A stretch of 63,004 nucleotides of DNA, filler included, from Aduncisulcus paluster (lineage: Eukaryota): the NCBI GenBank assembly GCA_024181965.1. It is 22 parts of 22 records of this genome, joined end to end, with 100 filler letters (N's around TTAATTAATTAA, not from the genome) between each part and the next. Parts side by side here need not be neighbours in the genome. Positions count along the whole stretch, not along the records: positions 22,381 to 26,307 come from BQXS01000309.1; positions 26,408 to 27,680 come from BQXS01000310.1; positions 27,781 to 29,314 come from BQXS01000311.1; positions 29,415 to 31,078 come from BQXS01000314.1; positions 31,179 to 33,781 come from BQXS01000315.1; positions 33,882 to 35,253 come from BQXS01000316.1; positions 35,354 to 36,851 come from BQXS01000317.1; 15 more parts are not named here. One strand, 5' to 3'. Below are positions 24,398 to 36,851 of the stretch, piece after piece. The notes below the pieces were generated by a model that ran no database searches, was not told the DNA's origin, and saw only the letters and a program-made list of their open reading frames with translations. How positions within the stretch are numbered: position 1 is the first letter of the stretch; every line of letters begins with the position of its first letter. The translations under genes and the position numbers were made by a program.

Positions 24398-26307
24398 CTA
24401 TTTCTTCTTTTTCACAATCTTTTTTGGCCTCTTGAGCTTTGGTCTGCCCTTTTTCTTCTTTTTCCCTCCCTTTTTCTTAACGGTTTTAGAATGAGACCCT
24501 CCAAAACTATTATTAGACTCTTTCTCAATTCTATTCCAGTACATTACTTTAGTTATCAGGGATATGAAACCTGGAGGAAGAGAAGGATCGAGTGGAAATG
24601 GTGAAGGATATGAAAAACCATTCGAAGGAACGGGAAGCGAAGAGGAGGAAGAAGAAGCCGAAGAAGAAGAGGAAGAAGAGGAAGAAGGGATAGTTTGTGT
24701 TTGGTGAGATTGTTGCTGTGATTCTTGAGGGGAATCGTATATGGAATCGTCATTATCTGAGCTTTTATAAGGAAATATTATCCTGGGAAGGCTATAACCA
24801 ATAGGAAATGAAGTGGCAGAGAGGAGAACTTCATCAGAAAAAATAGTAGGAGATAGAAGAGAGTTGAAGAGTTCACAGGAAGAAGCAGAATGTGGATCAT
24901 GTATTGAAAGAATCTCAGGGCTTAATTTCTTCATATCACCATCCAAACCTCCCTTTCTTTTGGAGACCTTTGCAAAGGTCGTTCCACCGTTTCTCAGTGA
25001 AGAGAAAGAAGAGGAAGAGGAGGAAGAAGAAGAGGAAGGATGGAGAACAAGAGAATGGTCAAGGATGGTTTGTTGTTGCTGCGTTTTGATGGATTTGTGT
25101 GTAGGTATTTGTTCTCCTCTAATCTCGTCAATCTCAAGGTCATCATCAATAGCAGGTGTAAGAAGATCACCACTGTTATTTGGGGATGGAAATATTAAGG
25201 CATCATAATCACGGTTGTGTCTTGATTTATGTTTTTTTGTAGATATTACAATTTTCATTTTTTGTTTCCTTCGATTCTTTGTTTGACCCTTACCCTGATG
25301 ACCTTGATGATCTTGATGATCTTGATGATCTTGACCTTGGCCTTCCATAAGAGATTTGGCTGTATCATATTGTTCATACTGAGGATCTGTCAACACTGAT
25401 GGAGTCACCGATTCCTCATCTTCATCCGAATAAGATGAATAATCTTGACTATTCTCACCACAACTATCATCAACATACAAATCTGTAGATCCATCAGCTC
25501 TGGTGTCCGTAGAATGTGCTTGTCTTCTTCCTTTTCCTTCATGAGTGTGAACAGACCAATCTTCTCCTGAACTATCGGATGACAAGCGTCGAGAAGAAGA
25601 AGATGGAGCGGATTTCTTTCTTGATTTACCTCTAGTCTTATTATTCTTTCTATTTCTATTTTTAGATCCTCCTTTCTTCTTCCCAATACCAATTTGAGAA
25701 AGTTCTCCGCCTTCTGCACCTTCTGCACCTTCTCTATGGCTTGCATAAGGTTGTTTTGAATGAAAGATTGGTGAACGAGTAGTATGTATCGTGATAAGAT
25801 TATCATGTGAGGTAGTAATGTCAGCTCCAGGAGAAATGACAAGAGCAGCTCGATCTACACCAGATTCTGCAAGATCTGGTGCACTATTTGATGATGTATA
25901 TTGTAGTTGTTGACTTTTCTTGACTTTTGAGGAATCAGGATGTTGTAATAAATGTCTTGAACTTCTTGACATGGGATTATATGTAGATTCTTTACCACTA
26001 TTTGATGTTACCATCGTTGAACCAGAGCTTGAGAAGTACCGTTCAGCGATTGTTCGATCTTTTTCCTCTCTTTCTTTGGCAGCAAGCTTTTCTTTCTCAA
26101 TTTTCATTGCAATCAGCCTTTCTTTCCTCCTCTTCTTCTCTTCTTCCTCCAAATCTCTTCCTTTTTCCCTTCGTTTTATCACATCTTCCAACGTTCTAAA
26201 CTTCCTTTCTTGTATTTCTTTGGCAGACAAGTTGCGAATACTTCCTCCTCTTTGTTGAATTTGAAGAATTTTAGCACCACCACCACTACAAACAGAAATA
26301 TCGCCAT
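24398..26307 (-). CDS. Hypothetical low-complexity protein, 5' truncated
   Basis: More than 630 codons open to the contig edge; poly-S tracts and K-rich C-terminus. Confidence 0.65.
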
Positions 26308-26407
26308 NNNNNNNNNNNNNNNNNNNNNNNNNNNNNNNNNNNNNNNNNNNNTTAATTAATTAANNNNNNNNNNNNNNNNNNNNNNNNNNNNNNNNNNNNN
26401 NNNNNNN

Positions 26408-27680
26408 TGCCTACCTAATGACTCCACTACCATCTTTGTGTCTTCCTCTGCCTCTATTCCAGTGGACAGGATAGTGATATCATCTGCAAATGCTCTTATT
26501 TTCAGTTTGGATTCATCATTCAATACAATATCCAGTGCCATGTTAAACAGGATTGGGGAGATTGCACTTCCTTGGGCTGTCCCTCTTCGGGTTGTGATCG
26601 TTTCCTCCCCGTAGTGAATGTGTGTGGAGATCGCGGCTCTAAAGATGTTCAATGAGGCAGGATGGATAATTCGGGATAGCATGACTTCCAGTATATTGTG
26701 ACTGATAGATCCATATGCATCAGAGATGTCAATGCATACGGCGTTATGTTCATGGCTTTCTGCCAGCCACTGTCTCATCTCAAAGATATTCAGCATACAA
26801 CCATCCACTTCCGGAATGAAACCTCTCTGATATCCTCCAACTAATCCGTGTGAGGTGGCATATGAAGTTAATCGTTTCGCAATTACCACAAAGAAAGTCC
26901 GCTGGACAGCTGAAGCAACACATATTGGTCTCCATCTGCTTTTCTCGTGGGTATCCCTGGGCGTTTCAGTATCGGCATCTTTGTCAATAATGGATAGCTT
27001 AGCCGCCTTCCATGATTCAGGCATATGTTGGAGTTCAATGATCTTATTAAAGAACAGTCTCCATATTTCAGGGGGCAATTCACAGACCGTTTTTCCATTC
27101 ACTTTGTCCGGCCCTGCCGCGGTACTTCTAATTCGTTTCAATGCCAATTTCACCTCAGCGTTTGAGAAGGGATGTATTACGAACTTCTCCACCAATGGAA
27201 GGTCCGGAAGGTGCAGTTCCGACGTGTCCACAATATTAGGGTGAGTCAAGTGTTCCATAATACTTATTGCCATTCCTGGTGGGGGGGATTCCCCAGTGTT
27301 ATCCTCGTACAGTGCTTTTCTCAGATCTCGAGCAGCTAGCCTCCTAAACCGGTATTTGTCTCTGGTCTCTAGACGGATTCTGTGGAAATCGGATAGAATT
27401 CTGTTAATCATGGGAATGTTTGCCGCCATTGTTGAGTAATAGAGTTGCATTTGGAGATTTGAGGGGAGATTTGTGGGGAGTTCATCCAAGCTTGTAATTC
27501 TTCTGGGTATTGTCTCTTCTGTGGTGGCTGTATCAGCTCTTCTATCCCTATTGATTGTGATCCTCGCCATATGACGTCGTTTGGCTTCTTCATTCAACCA
27601 TTTACCAACGAGTTCTATGTCTTCTTCATTGGTAATAGATGAGATGTAGTCTCTGAGGAGGCCATCTTTCAGTTCGGCTG
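26408..27680 (-). mobile_element. Non-LTR retrotransposon RT (R2/R4/NeSL-like), partial
   Basis: AAGPD, PESWK, WRPIC, QRGF...DGC, DISDAYGSISH, GTAQGSAISPILFN, AFADDI. Confidence 0.9.
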
Positions 27681-27780
27681 NNNNNNNNNNNNNNNNNNNN
27701 NNNNNNNNNNNNNNNNNNNNNNNNTTAATTAATTAANNNNNNNNNNNNNNNNNNNNNNNNNNNNNNNNNNNNNNNNNNNN

Positions 27781-28648
27781 TTTCTTTAAGCAGGGCACAT
27801 GGGCACCCCCGTATGATCCTCCCCTAAGCCTTGACGATCCAAGTGTTGCCGAGACGGATGTTGAGAATGCGACCGGAGAGTTTGTCGAAGAATACGGGAC
27901 GTCGAGTCTGGAAGACTTCCGATCTTTCCTTGAAGGCACGAGTGGCATTGTGTTCACCAGGGTTCATATTCCCTTCACGTCGCCCCACGACATCCATGGC
28001 CTTTACTTGTGTCTGCAGAGCTGCAGTTATACTCCAAAGACGCTCCGCTTCGTGTTTTGGTCCTCGAACGGGTCGTCCGTGTCAGCCCAGTGCATCCTTG
28101 CGGAGATGACGCACACGTGTGAATGGCACCATGTGAGCGTGGATGTCTCTGATGTTGTGCGCTGTGACATTGAGCACGAAAGCACGTGGGATGGCGAGGA
28201 TTGTTCCTATCTGTTGAGCATGCGTTTCATTGTGCAGGCATCTACAAAGCTTCTCAAACGTGAGAAATCTGGTGATATCGATGATTCCGTTGATGGGTCG
28301 TCCGATGATCGTGTTGACGAGTTGGTTGAGCGTCTGAGTGCTCTGGAAGCGAAGGACCGTCGTTTGTCCGAGGAGAACAAGCGTCTCCGAAAACGTCTGT
28401 TGGAGCAGGAGTCCACGTTCCAGGCTCTTCTCATGGATCAACGGAAGAAGCTTGACAGCACTCGTGAGGAGATCTCTGATTTGACGCAACAGCTTGAAAC
28501 TGTCGATGGCCGTTCGTTGTTCCTTGAGAAGCAAATGGGTGCTCAGTATTCCTTCTTCAAGCAGCAACTTGACTCGATCAAGGATCAACTGACCGTCCAA
28601 GAGTGTTGTCCTTCGTCTCCCGTGAAGGTCAAGGATGGTTCCATGTGA
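27781..28648 (+). CDS. Lineage-specific repeat-domain protein with C-terminal coiled coil, 5' truncated
   Basis: PPLSLDDP, FTRVHIPFTSPHDIHGLYLCL and WHHVSVDVSDVVRCDI parallel the domain at 19367-19900. Confidence 0.65.
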
Positions 28649-29414
28649 CATTGGTTGGATCCTCCCCCATCAGTGTTGGTTGGGGCAGATCACCGTGTCC
28701 TATCCTGCACTACACTGCACTACACTGTGAGTGAATCGCTGGATGTGAGTATGGTGATGTTATCGATATATTATTTATATTTATTTATATTTATTTATAT
28801 ATATCAATACATACCAATGCACACCAATGTACTCGATCTGTCTAGTAATTGTTTGTAATATTCCTGCTCATTGTTATCTTAGCCTTGACTATATTCATTT
28901 GACAACATACACCCGACTATACACACATTAGTTGCACGCATTATCCATTGTCCACAATGCCATCGTCGTCCGTGGTGGTGTTTACTGTGTTCCTTGTTCT
29001 TCGACTTTGTTTCTTGTTTGATGGAATGATGCACATTCCCGTATGCTCTGTGATGCCTGGTTTTCGATTGCATCCCCATACTGTCACATCCTCTTTGTAA
29101 GATCATCATATCCCTTTGACATTCACACATTGTAATTAAAAATGCCGATAATTTATATATTTATGTTTCTTCTCCCTTTGATTCTTTTCCACATTATTAT
29201 TATTACTACTACTATTATTACTGCCATGATCATCATACATGACTTTATTTCATTTCTTTCTCGCTATTTCGGACCATGTCTGTCCATATCTCTCGCTGGT
29301 CTCAAGATGCACTGNNNNNNNNNNNNNNNNNNNNNNNNNNNNNNNNNNNNNNNNNNNNTTAATTAATTAANNNNNNNNNNNNNNNNNNNNNNNNNNNNNN
29401 NNNNNNNNNNNNNN

Positions 29415-30555
29415 GATAGAGACCAAGCAAAGACAGAAGAAATACGCCAAGAAATAATACTGGCTGATGGATCAAAGAAGTTTTCAACAATGCAAACTGT
29501 TTTACTAGTATCCATTAACAATTCCTTCTTTGGGAAGAATCTCCAATTTTGGGAGGTGTTTGTCATATGGGAATCCGAACAAGACATTATAATCTTGGGA
29601 CTCCAAACGATTTTGGAAAAAGGATTATTGGATTTACTAAATCCACAAAAAAGAACGGAACCTTTTGTGAATGATAATGAAGACTCTGAATCAGAGGGCT
29701 TTAGGGGTACTGACCAGGTTATATCCCTTCGAGAGCCGATAAAGGATCTATCTGAACATTATACAAAGGTTATGGAAAGAGAAACACAAGCTATGGAGTT
29801 AGAACCTTATGAAATCGAATTAGAAAAAGGAAAGCGTTTTACTTCGGCTGAAAGAAGAAGAATTTCCCCAAAACATGTTGATTTTGTTGGAAATGAAGTT
29901 CATGAATTATGTGCAATTGGGAAGATTGAAAGGTGTAAGGTTCCAGCATTTTCTCCTTTGGTCATTGTTCCTAAGAAAGGAAGCAAATGGCGGATGTGCG
30001 TGGATTACAGGAAATTGAATGAGATCACAGTAGGTTTCAAGTTTCCTATCCCACAGATCGATAGTTTATTGGATCAACTGGAAGGATGTACAATATTTGG
30101 ACTCATCGATTTAAGCAAGGGATTTCACCAAATCCCAATCAGAACAGATCACCAAGATCTGACGGCTTTTGAGACACCGATGGGGATGTATAAGTGGAAA
30201 TATCTCCCATTTGGTTTAAAAAATGGACCAAGCCATTTTCAGATGGCAATGAACAAGGTTTTCGAGGGTCTCATTGGTAAAAGCTGCTTGGTATACATCG
30301 ATGACATTCTTATAATGGGAAGAACTGAATCTGAATTCTTATTGAACCTTTCGAGAGTTATGGAAAGGATAGAAGACTTTCATCTTGAAATTAATGTGGA
30401 AAAATGCGTGCTTGGAGTCAAATCTCTGGATTACTTAGGATATATTATAAGTGGAGAAGGGAAATGCATTAGTCCAACAAGAATTGAAGCAATAAGGGGG
30501 ATTAATGAACCCCGGACAAAGAAACAAACTCGATCCTTCTTGGGAATGGTAAACT
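29415..30555 (+). mobile_element. Ty3/Gypsy protease end and reverse transcriptase, interrupted by an LTR
   Basis: ILADG, IILG, WRMCVDYRKLN, DLSKGFHQ, LPFGLKNGP, YIDDIL, RSFLGMVN, then abrupt break. Confidence 0.95.
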
Positions 30556-30652
30556 TGTGGTGACCATTCTCAGGGACATTCTAAAAATAGATTGGTTCGC
30601 TCGAGATCTGTTTATTAATAAATTGGACCGCATTATAGTTAGTTTGGCCACA
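30556..30652 (+). repeat. Short (97 bp) 5' LTR
   Basis: TGTGG...CCACA termini and AATAAA; starts exactly where the RT frame is disrupted; followed by a palindrome and a gag-like ORF. Confidence 0.75.
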
Positions 30653-30717
30653 TTTTGATCAAAATCCTATCAAACTAAAGTTTATTGTATAATTGACGCC
30701 AAAATTTTTCTGTTAAA

Positions 30718-31078
30718 ATGGTACAAACAAGAAGCCAATTGAAAAACGCCAATACAGGTGAAAATGATGAAGAATTTGAAATTGTTGGTGATTTACCAAC
30801 TGAACGCCATGATAGTGATGCCAGTCATGTTGAAAATGCCAAAGAATCTGATGAAAAGGAAAAATCTGATTTATTGTCCGATAATGAAATTTCAAAGGAA
30901 AAAGATGATTCTAAGGCCATAATTTCTTCTAAGAGTGATGCTGAACGCCATGTTTTTACTGATAAAACACCAGTTCAAGTTCGTAGTGAAATGAAGTCAA
31001 GTTTCTTGACAAGCCAAGTACGCCACTCTGATTTTACTATGCCAGAAGTTAGATTTATTACTGTAATTGATAAATCTG
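30718..31078 (+). mobile_element. Probable gag N-terminus, 3' truncated
   Basis: MVQTRSQ start (M-x-TRS is common in Gypsy gag), 65 nt after the LTR. Confidence 0.65.
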
Positions 31079-31178
31079 NNNNNNNNNNNNNNNNNNNNNN
31101 NNNNNNNNNNNNNNNNNNNNNNTTAATTAATTAANNNNNNNNNNNNNNNNNNNNNNNNNNNNNNNNNNNNNNNNNNNN

Positions 31179-33781
31179 GGAACTCCAGATGAGGATGATT
31201 TTGAGGTTATTCTGGATAGTTCTTCCATCCAGGATATGATTGACTCTTTCTTGCCTTCAATGATCCGAGTTGAAGCTATTCTGAGAGTTGAACGAGAAGA
31301 AATGAAAGAAATGGAAGAAGAAGAAGAAGGAGCTGAAACTGCTGAATCTAGAGTGAATTCCATTACAAAGACATTGTTCAGCATTCTCAGTATCTCGACA
31401 GATATTGTTGAAACCCTTCGAATCACTGTTTATCTTAAAATCTCCACTCTTCTCTCCAAGATGTTTATTCTCGGCCTATCTGAGAAACTTGATGATTCTT
31501 TTGTTGAGGATATCCTCCTAACATGTAGGAATATTGCATTTGCCAAAGATGATCCCACCAAGAACTCCCTTTTATCCATTCTTCTCCCCCATATCTTGCC
31601 ATGGATGAAGAAGTATCCTGATAAGAAGTTCTTTTTCTTGTGGATAAATATCTTGAAGAATATCACAAATGATAAGGATAACATCGGTTCTGATAAAGAT
31701 CGTTCTTCACAACTTTGGTTCGTCTTCCACCCTGTCTTGGCTATTATCAAGGACACTGCTTCCAAAGGTATTACATTTGATGATGATGCTGTAATTTGTT
31801 GTTTGTGTTTCTTTAGTAACTTGAGTTGTATTCCTTCCCAAGCCATTGAAGTTCATGATTGCATTAAAGATGGTCTTCTTGATAGCTGGTTTGAGATAGT
31901 GAAGAGGAAGAAAAGTGAAGGAGAGCATGCTAATAGTCAGGGAGTCAAATACTGGTCCAAACTCATTTCCATGCTATCCACTGTTCCATCTCTTGTCCCT
32001 CAACTCTCTCCCAAATATGATGCCAACATGGAGTGGTGTAAGAAGAATGGAGAATGGAGTGGATATTATACAAGATATCTTGGTAATTGTTATCCTTCTC
32101 TGAAGAAATGGTCTGAATTAGTTGAAGCTATTAAGAAATGTCCTGACTCAGAATCATCCTCAATTCTCTACCACAAACATCGAGAAGATATCCTTTCTGT
32201 CTTCCTTGCATCCCAATCAAAGAGTGAGATAGAAGAGCACAAGAGAGAGATTGTTGTTTGTGTTGGGTGTTTAAGATGGTTTGTTGGACATGATATTGCT
32301 GGAAGGATTATCTATCTCCCAATACCCGATCTCAACAATCTCATTGACACTTTCATTGATCTATCAAGAATTGAGGAAATATTGGAAGAAGTTGTTTATG
32401 AAGAGTATTGTAGCATTTGTGTTGATTATTCTTTCGAAGTTGAAGATAAATGGGATTCTTTCATTCCCAAGATCCTTTCCACTTTCCATCGAATTCTTGN
32501 NNNNNNNNNNNNNNNNNNNTCTGAAGAAATGGTCTGAATTAGTTGAAGCTATTAAGAAATGTCCTGACTCAGAATCATCCTCAATTCTCTACCACAAACA
32601 TCGAGAAGATATCCTTTCTGTCTTCCTTGCATCCCAATCAAAGAGTGAGATAGAAGAGCACAAGAGAGAGATTGTTGTTTGTGTTGGGTGTTTAAGATGG
32701 TTTGTTGGACATGATATTGCTGGAAGGATTATCTATCTCCCAATACCCGATCTCAACAATCTCATTGACACTTTCATTGATCTATCAAGAATTGAGGAAA
32801 TATTGGAAGAAGTTGTTTATGAAGAGTATTGTAGCATTTGTGTTGATTATTCTTTCGAAGTTGAAGATAAATGGGATTCTTTCATTCCCAAGATCCTTTC
32901 CACTTTCCATCGAATTCTTGAGAGAGGAAGCAAGAAGAAGTTGTCTGATAATATTGTTCTAGATTTATTGAAAACTCTCAAAAATATCTCCTTTTCTTCC
33001 TCTACTTCCACTCGATCTTTTATTCTCACCCTTATCAAACCATATGTCAAAGATTGGTTGAGGATGTACAATGATAGTAAGTGCTATGGAGAATGGATGT
33101 TTATTCTATCATTTGGCACCACCTCAAGTGATAATGAATCTCCCAACAAATCCCTTTGTTCTGAAGTTTGGCCTCTTTTCCACCCTGTTCTTGATCTTGT
33201 TAAGAGAGAGTTTGTTGGGGACAAGATTATTGAGGATGAACATGAAGAATGTTTGCGATTCTTGTCTAACTTATGTTGTGATCCTTCACATGCTCTTGTA
33301 ATCTATGATAATGTAAAGCATCTTCTTGATGAGTGGTTTGAAGTTATGAAGATGAAACAACATGAATGGGGAATCAAATACTGGTTCAATCTCATTTCCA
33401 TGCTTTCCGCTGTTCTATCTCTTGTCCCTCAACTATCTCCCAAATATGATGCCAAGATGGAGTGGTGCAAAGGAGAATCGTATTGTTCAACTCAAATCTA
33501 TAACCAATACCTTTCCAACATTTCCTCCTTCGTATCTTCTTCATATCTCTCTTCAACTCTTTTCCATTCTGTTCCAATGGTTTCATTTCTCCCATCAATT
33601 GAGACATCTTTGTGTCCTGAGAAAGATGGATATTCATACGCTTCCCATGTATGTTCTGTTATGAATCTGCATAAAACTATTCCACATCGCAAAGACAAAA
33701 TCTCTTGCTATCATGACATTATCAGTGGAAAAGAAATGCAAATCCAACATGTTCTTAAACGTGATGGATCGAGTTCTCAAG
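31179..33781 (+). CDS. Helical (ARM/HEAT-like) repeat family protein, partial; apparent break caused by a gap-flanking duplication
   Basis: Two diverged internal units (W.LFHPVL...CL.F.SNL.C.PS.A...W...GIKYW..LISMLS.V.SLVPQLSPKYDA.MEWC). Confidence 0.7.
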
Positions 33782-33881
33782 NNNNNNNNNNNNNNNNNNN
33801 NNNNNNNNNNNNNNNNNNNNNNNNNTTAATTAATTAANNNNNNNNNNNNNNNNNNNNNNNNNNNNNNNNNNNNNNNNNNNN

Positions 33882-34225
33882 AAAAGAAGAAGCAAGAGGA
33901 AATTAAAAAAAGGGAAGATGAAAGAAGGAGAGAAGAAGAAAAGGAAAGGAGAAAAATCGAGGAGGAGAAAAAGAGGAAGAAGGAAGAAAAGCAGAAAGAG
34001 GAAAATCAGACTGTATTAATCGACCATGATCTTTATTCCTCTGAGACACCAAGGATTTTTGGTGAAACCAAACCTGAGACAAAGTTATCTCCAAAACCGA
34101 TGGGTTCCTCTGAATCATCTTCTGAAGCCTCAAAGTTGAGGGCCAAGGGGAGAAAAGTCCAATCGGCGGCTGAGATTATGGCTCGCGTTAGACAAAGAGT
34201 TGCTAACCAACGGAAAGGGGGGTAA
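33882..34225 (+). CDS. C-terminal fragment of an E/K/R-rich protein
   Basis: Open frame from the contig edge to TAA at 34223-34225. Confidence 0.5.
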
Positions 34226-34283
34226 TTTGGTGATACCTTTTTCTGGATAATTCTATTCAATTTTTGTGCAATAACTTCTGGGA

Positions 34284-34325
34284 GTACAGTACAGTATAGT
34301 ATAGTATAGTACAGTATAGTATTGT
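34284..34325. repeat. Pentamer microsatellite (AGTAC/AGTAT)n
   Basis: AGTACAGTACAGTATAGTATAGTATAGTACAGTATAGTAT; same unit on the opposite strand near 17094-17119 and 16415-16434. Confidence 0.8.
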
Positions 34326-34890
34326 ATAGGGTTTGATTGGAAGGATATTATCTTTATTTGTAACCAATTGGTGTCATACTAAATTGTATATTCAGTGAAT
34401 CCTTCGATACCTCGAAATTCTTGAAACAACGATTCTTATTTTTCAATAGCTCATGTTTTGTATTACAGCGCCTCAATTTCAATTCTTTTTTCGCAATTTG
34501 TTTTATTTTGAAAGAATTTTCCCGGATTTTTTCAAGTGTGTCCTAAAAATAGAAATTCTAAAAATAGAAATCCAAAAAAAAATTAACTGTATTAATTCAT
34601 GATATAAACGTTTGAAGCACTTATTTCTGATTTTTTGCATCTTAATTGGGAATAGGACTCAATAAACATTCAGATTGTTATTTTCTGGCAAATCGGATAT
34701 ATTTTGCTGTAATATGATTCACCATCATCGATTTTCCAACTATAAATCATAGATATGTTAAATATTTTTCAAATGGTGACATTGAATGTCTTGAAGACAT
34801 TCTTTTGTTACTTCCTCACAATTCCCAATTTATTTTGAAGAAGTAAAGGCCAAGATCTCAAAAATTGAATATCGACCATTTTTACTCAAT

Positions 34891-35253
34891 TTAATCTTCT
34901 TCATCATCATATTCTTCACCCTCTTCATCTTCATCATATTCTTCTTCCTCCTCTTCCTCGAATTCCTGTTCTTCAAGTCCATCGCCAATGATTTCGTTGA
35001 TAGCCTCATCCCTAACACTTGTACTCCCACTTATTCCGGCAACAAAGTCCATGCGACCTCTTAACATACGCATCTCCATCATTCCCTCCGCATGATACTC
35101 AGAGTAACGAATAATGTCAGCGACTACATCACGGCTGGCAGCGCTAGTCATGAGAAAAGCTCCATGGGTGAGAAGAATTGTCTTGATCCATGCCAGTTGA
35201 TTGGCCAATGAAGATGAGAACGAATGAGTTGAATACTGTAACTTGTTTGAGAG
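34891..35253 (-). CDS. UTP5: UTP5/WDR43-like SSU processome protein, C-terminal Utp12 domain plus acidic tail
   Basis: LAWIKTILLTHGAFL...LRGRMDFV matches the Utp12/Dip2 domain pattern, followed by a D/E tail. Confidence 0.65.
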   Translation of the reverse strand, partial: LSNKLQYSTHSFSSSLANQLAWIKTILLTHGAFLMTSAASRDVVADIIRYSEYHAEGMMEMRMLRGRMDFVAGISGSTSVRDEAINEIIGDGLEEQEFEEEEEEEYDEDEEGEEYDDEED

Positions 35254-35760
35254 NNNNNNNNNNNNNNNNNNNNNNNNNNNNNNNNNNNNNNNNNNNNTTA
35301 ATTAATTAANNNNNNNNNNNNNNNNNNNNNNNNNNNNNNNNNNNNNNNNNNNNATTCGATTTCCCTTGATGATGCCAATTTGTCGCTGTTCTTTTCTCCT
35401 TCAGTATTCTACGATAGGTGCAAACAACGATAGTTTCTTGGACTCGAATGATGGAGTATATTGTGATTGTGATTTTGTGATTGTGATTGTGTGATTAATT
35501 TATGATTAATTAGTTCCATGTTTTTACTTCATGAATGTATGTTTTTATAACAACAATAATAATAATACAGAATAGAGAACAATTCCAAACAACGCTCCAA
35601 AGTTCAATAATAATGTCTCATCGTGAAGGAGAGTATGCAACTTGTTCAACAATTAACAATCAACTTCAAGCTTGAAATGAACTCTTCTCTCAATTGTTCC
35701 ATTAACTTGATGGCATTAAGAATAAAAATAAAATCTTACATCAGAATCTTTCCACATCAC

Positions 35761-36851
35761 TCACTGACTATGATCCCAACCTTCCTCATGCTCAACACCA
35801 GCAACACCACATCTCATTCCTTCAATGGTTCCAACAGAGCCACCATACTTCTTGCGTTGCTCACGGATAATGGCTTCAATGCTTGGACACTCATAGTCTT
35901 CGCCAATCGTGGGAAGGAAAGGTTTGATACATTGGACTTTCACACGAGCTTCATGCACACTCATGCGTTTGTGTTTGTTGAATTGGGTCAGACCAATGTA
36001 TATCTCATTCAGACAGTTGTGAATGGGTTCATACTTTCCATCTTCAATCGTTAGAAGGGAGTGGAAAAGATCGGAATCAACGATTGTTGGACATGAATTG
36101 CTTTTCAAAAGAATCATAAGCTCTTTGATGAACTCTGCAGGACTTCCAGCTACTTTCAAGGCAGGAATCTGAAGGAAAGGATCACAACACAAGAACAATG
36201 CAAGTAAGGAGATTCCAAGAGAGTAAGCATCGCTGCTTTGACTCTGAAGACCTTGAAGAGCTTCATAGGAGTTGTACACAAGGGTGCCACAGATGGAACG
36301 TTTGGGCTTGTGGGGTTGAGTTGAGTGAGAAGAAGAGGAAGAAGAAGAGGAAGAAGAAGAATCAGAAGGAGCAACAAAACTCTTGGAAGATGTTGAAGAG
36401 GAGACGGAATTCTGGATCTGCACGAATCCAAGATCTGCAAGGACAACGGTACACTTCTTAGAATCGGGATCAACACGAACAAGGAAGTTGTCAGGTTTCA
36501 CGTCTCGATGCACAAGCTTTGGTTTAGCCGTGAACACATCATCAAGACACTCGATCATCCCAACACATAACGAACACACTTTCACAGGGTTCAGTGTCAT
36601 GGCGTCAAAGTCAGGCACAGCAGTGTCAACATCGGCACTCTCAGAGCCAGAGCCAGAGCTTGAGGACGAGTCTGAGTCTGAGTCTGAGTCTGAGGGTTCA
36701 CTATCATCAGCAGTATCATCAACACTCACATACTTGCCATCAGCACACCAACACTTGGCAAACGCACTCACACTGCCTCCAACACAGAACTCCATCAGGA
36801 AGCCATACACACCTTTCATCTCGCAATCAAGCAGGTCAAGGATATACAGAG
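35761..36851 (-). CDS. Divergent Ser/Thr protein kinase, 5' truncated
   Basis: LMEFCVGGS, VHRDVKPDNFL, LADLG, CGTLVY, SDAYSLG. Confidence 0.92.

Noticed and set aside
32099-32920. 401-bp tandem duplication and frameshift
   Set aside because: Copies flank a 20-N gap; scaffolding artefact
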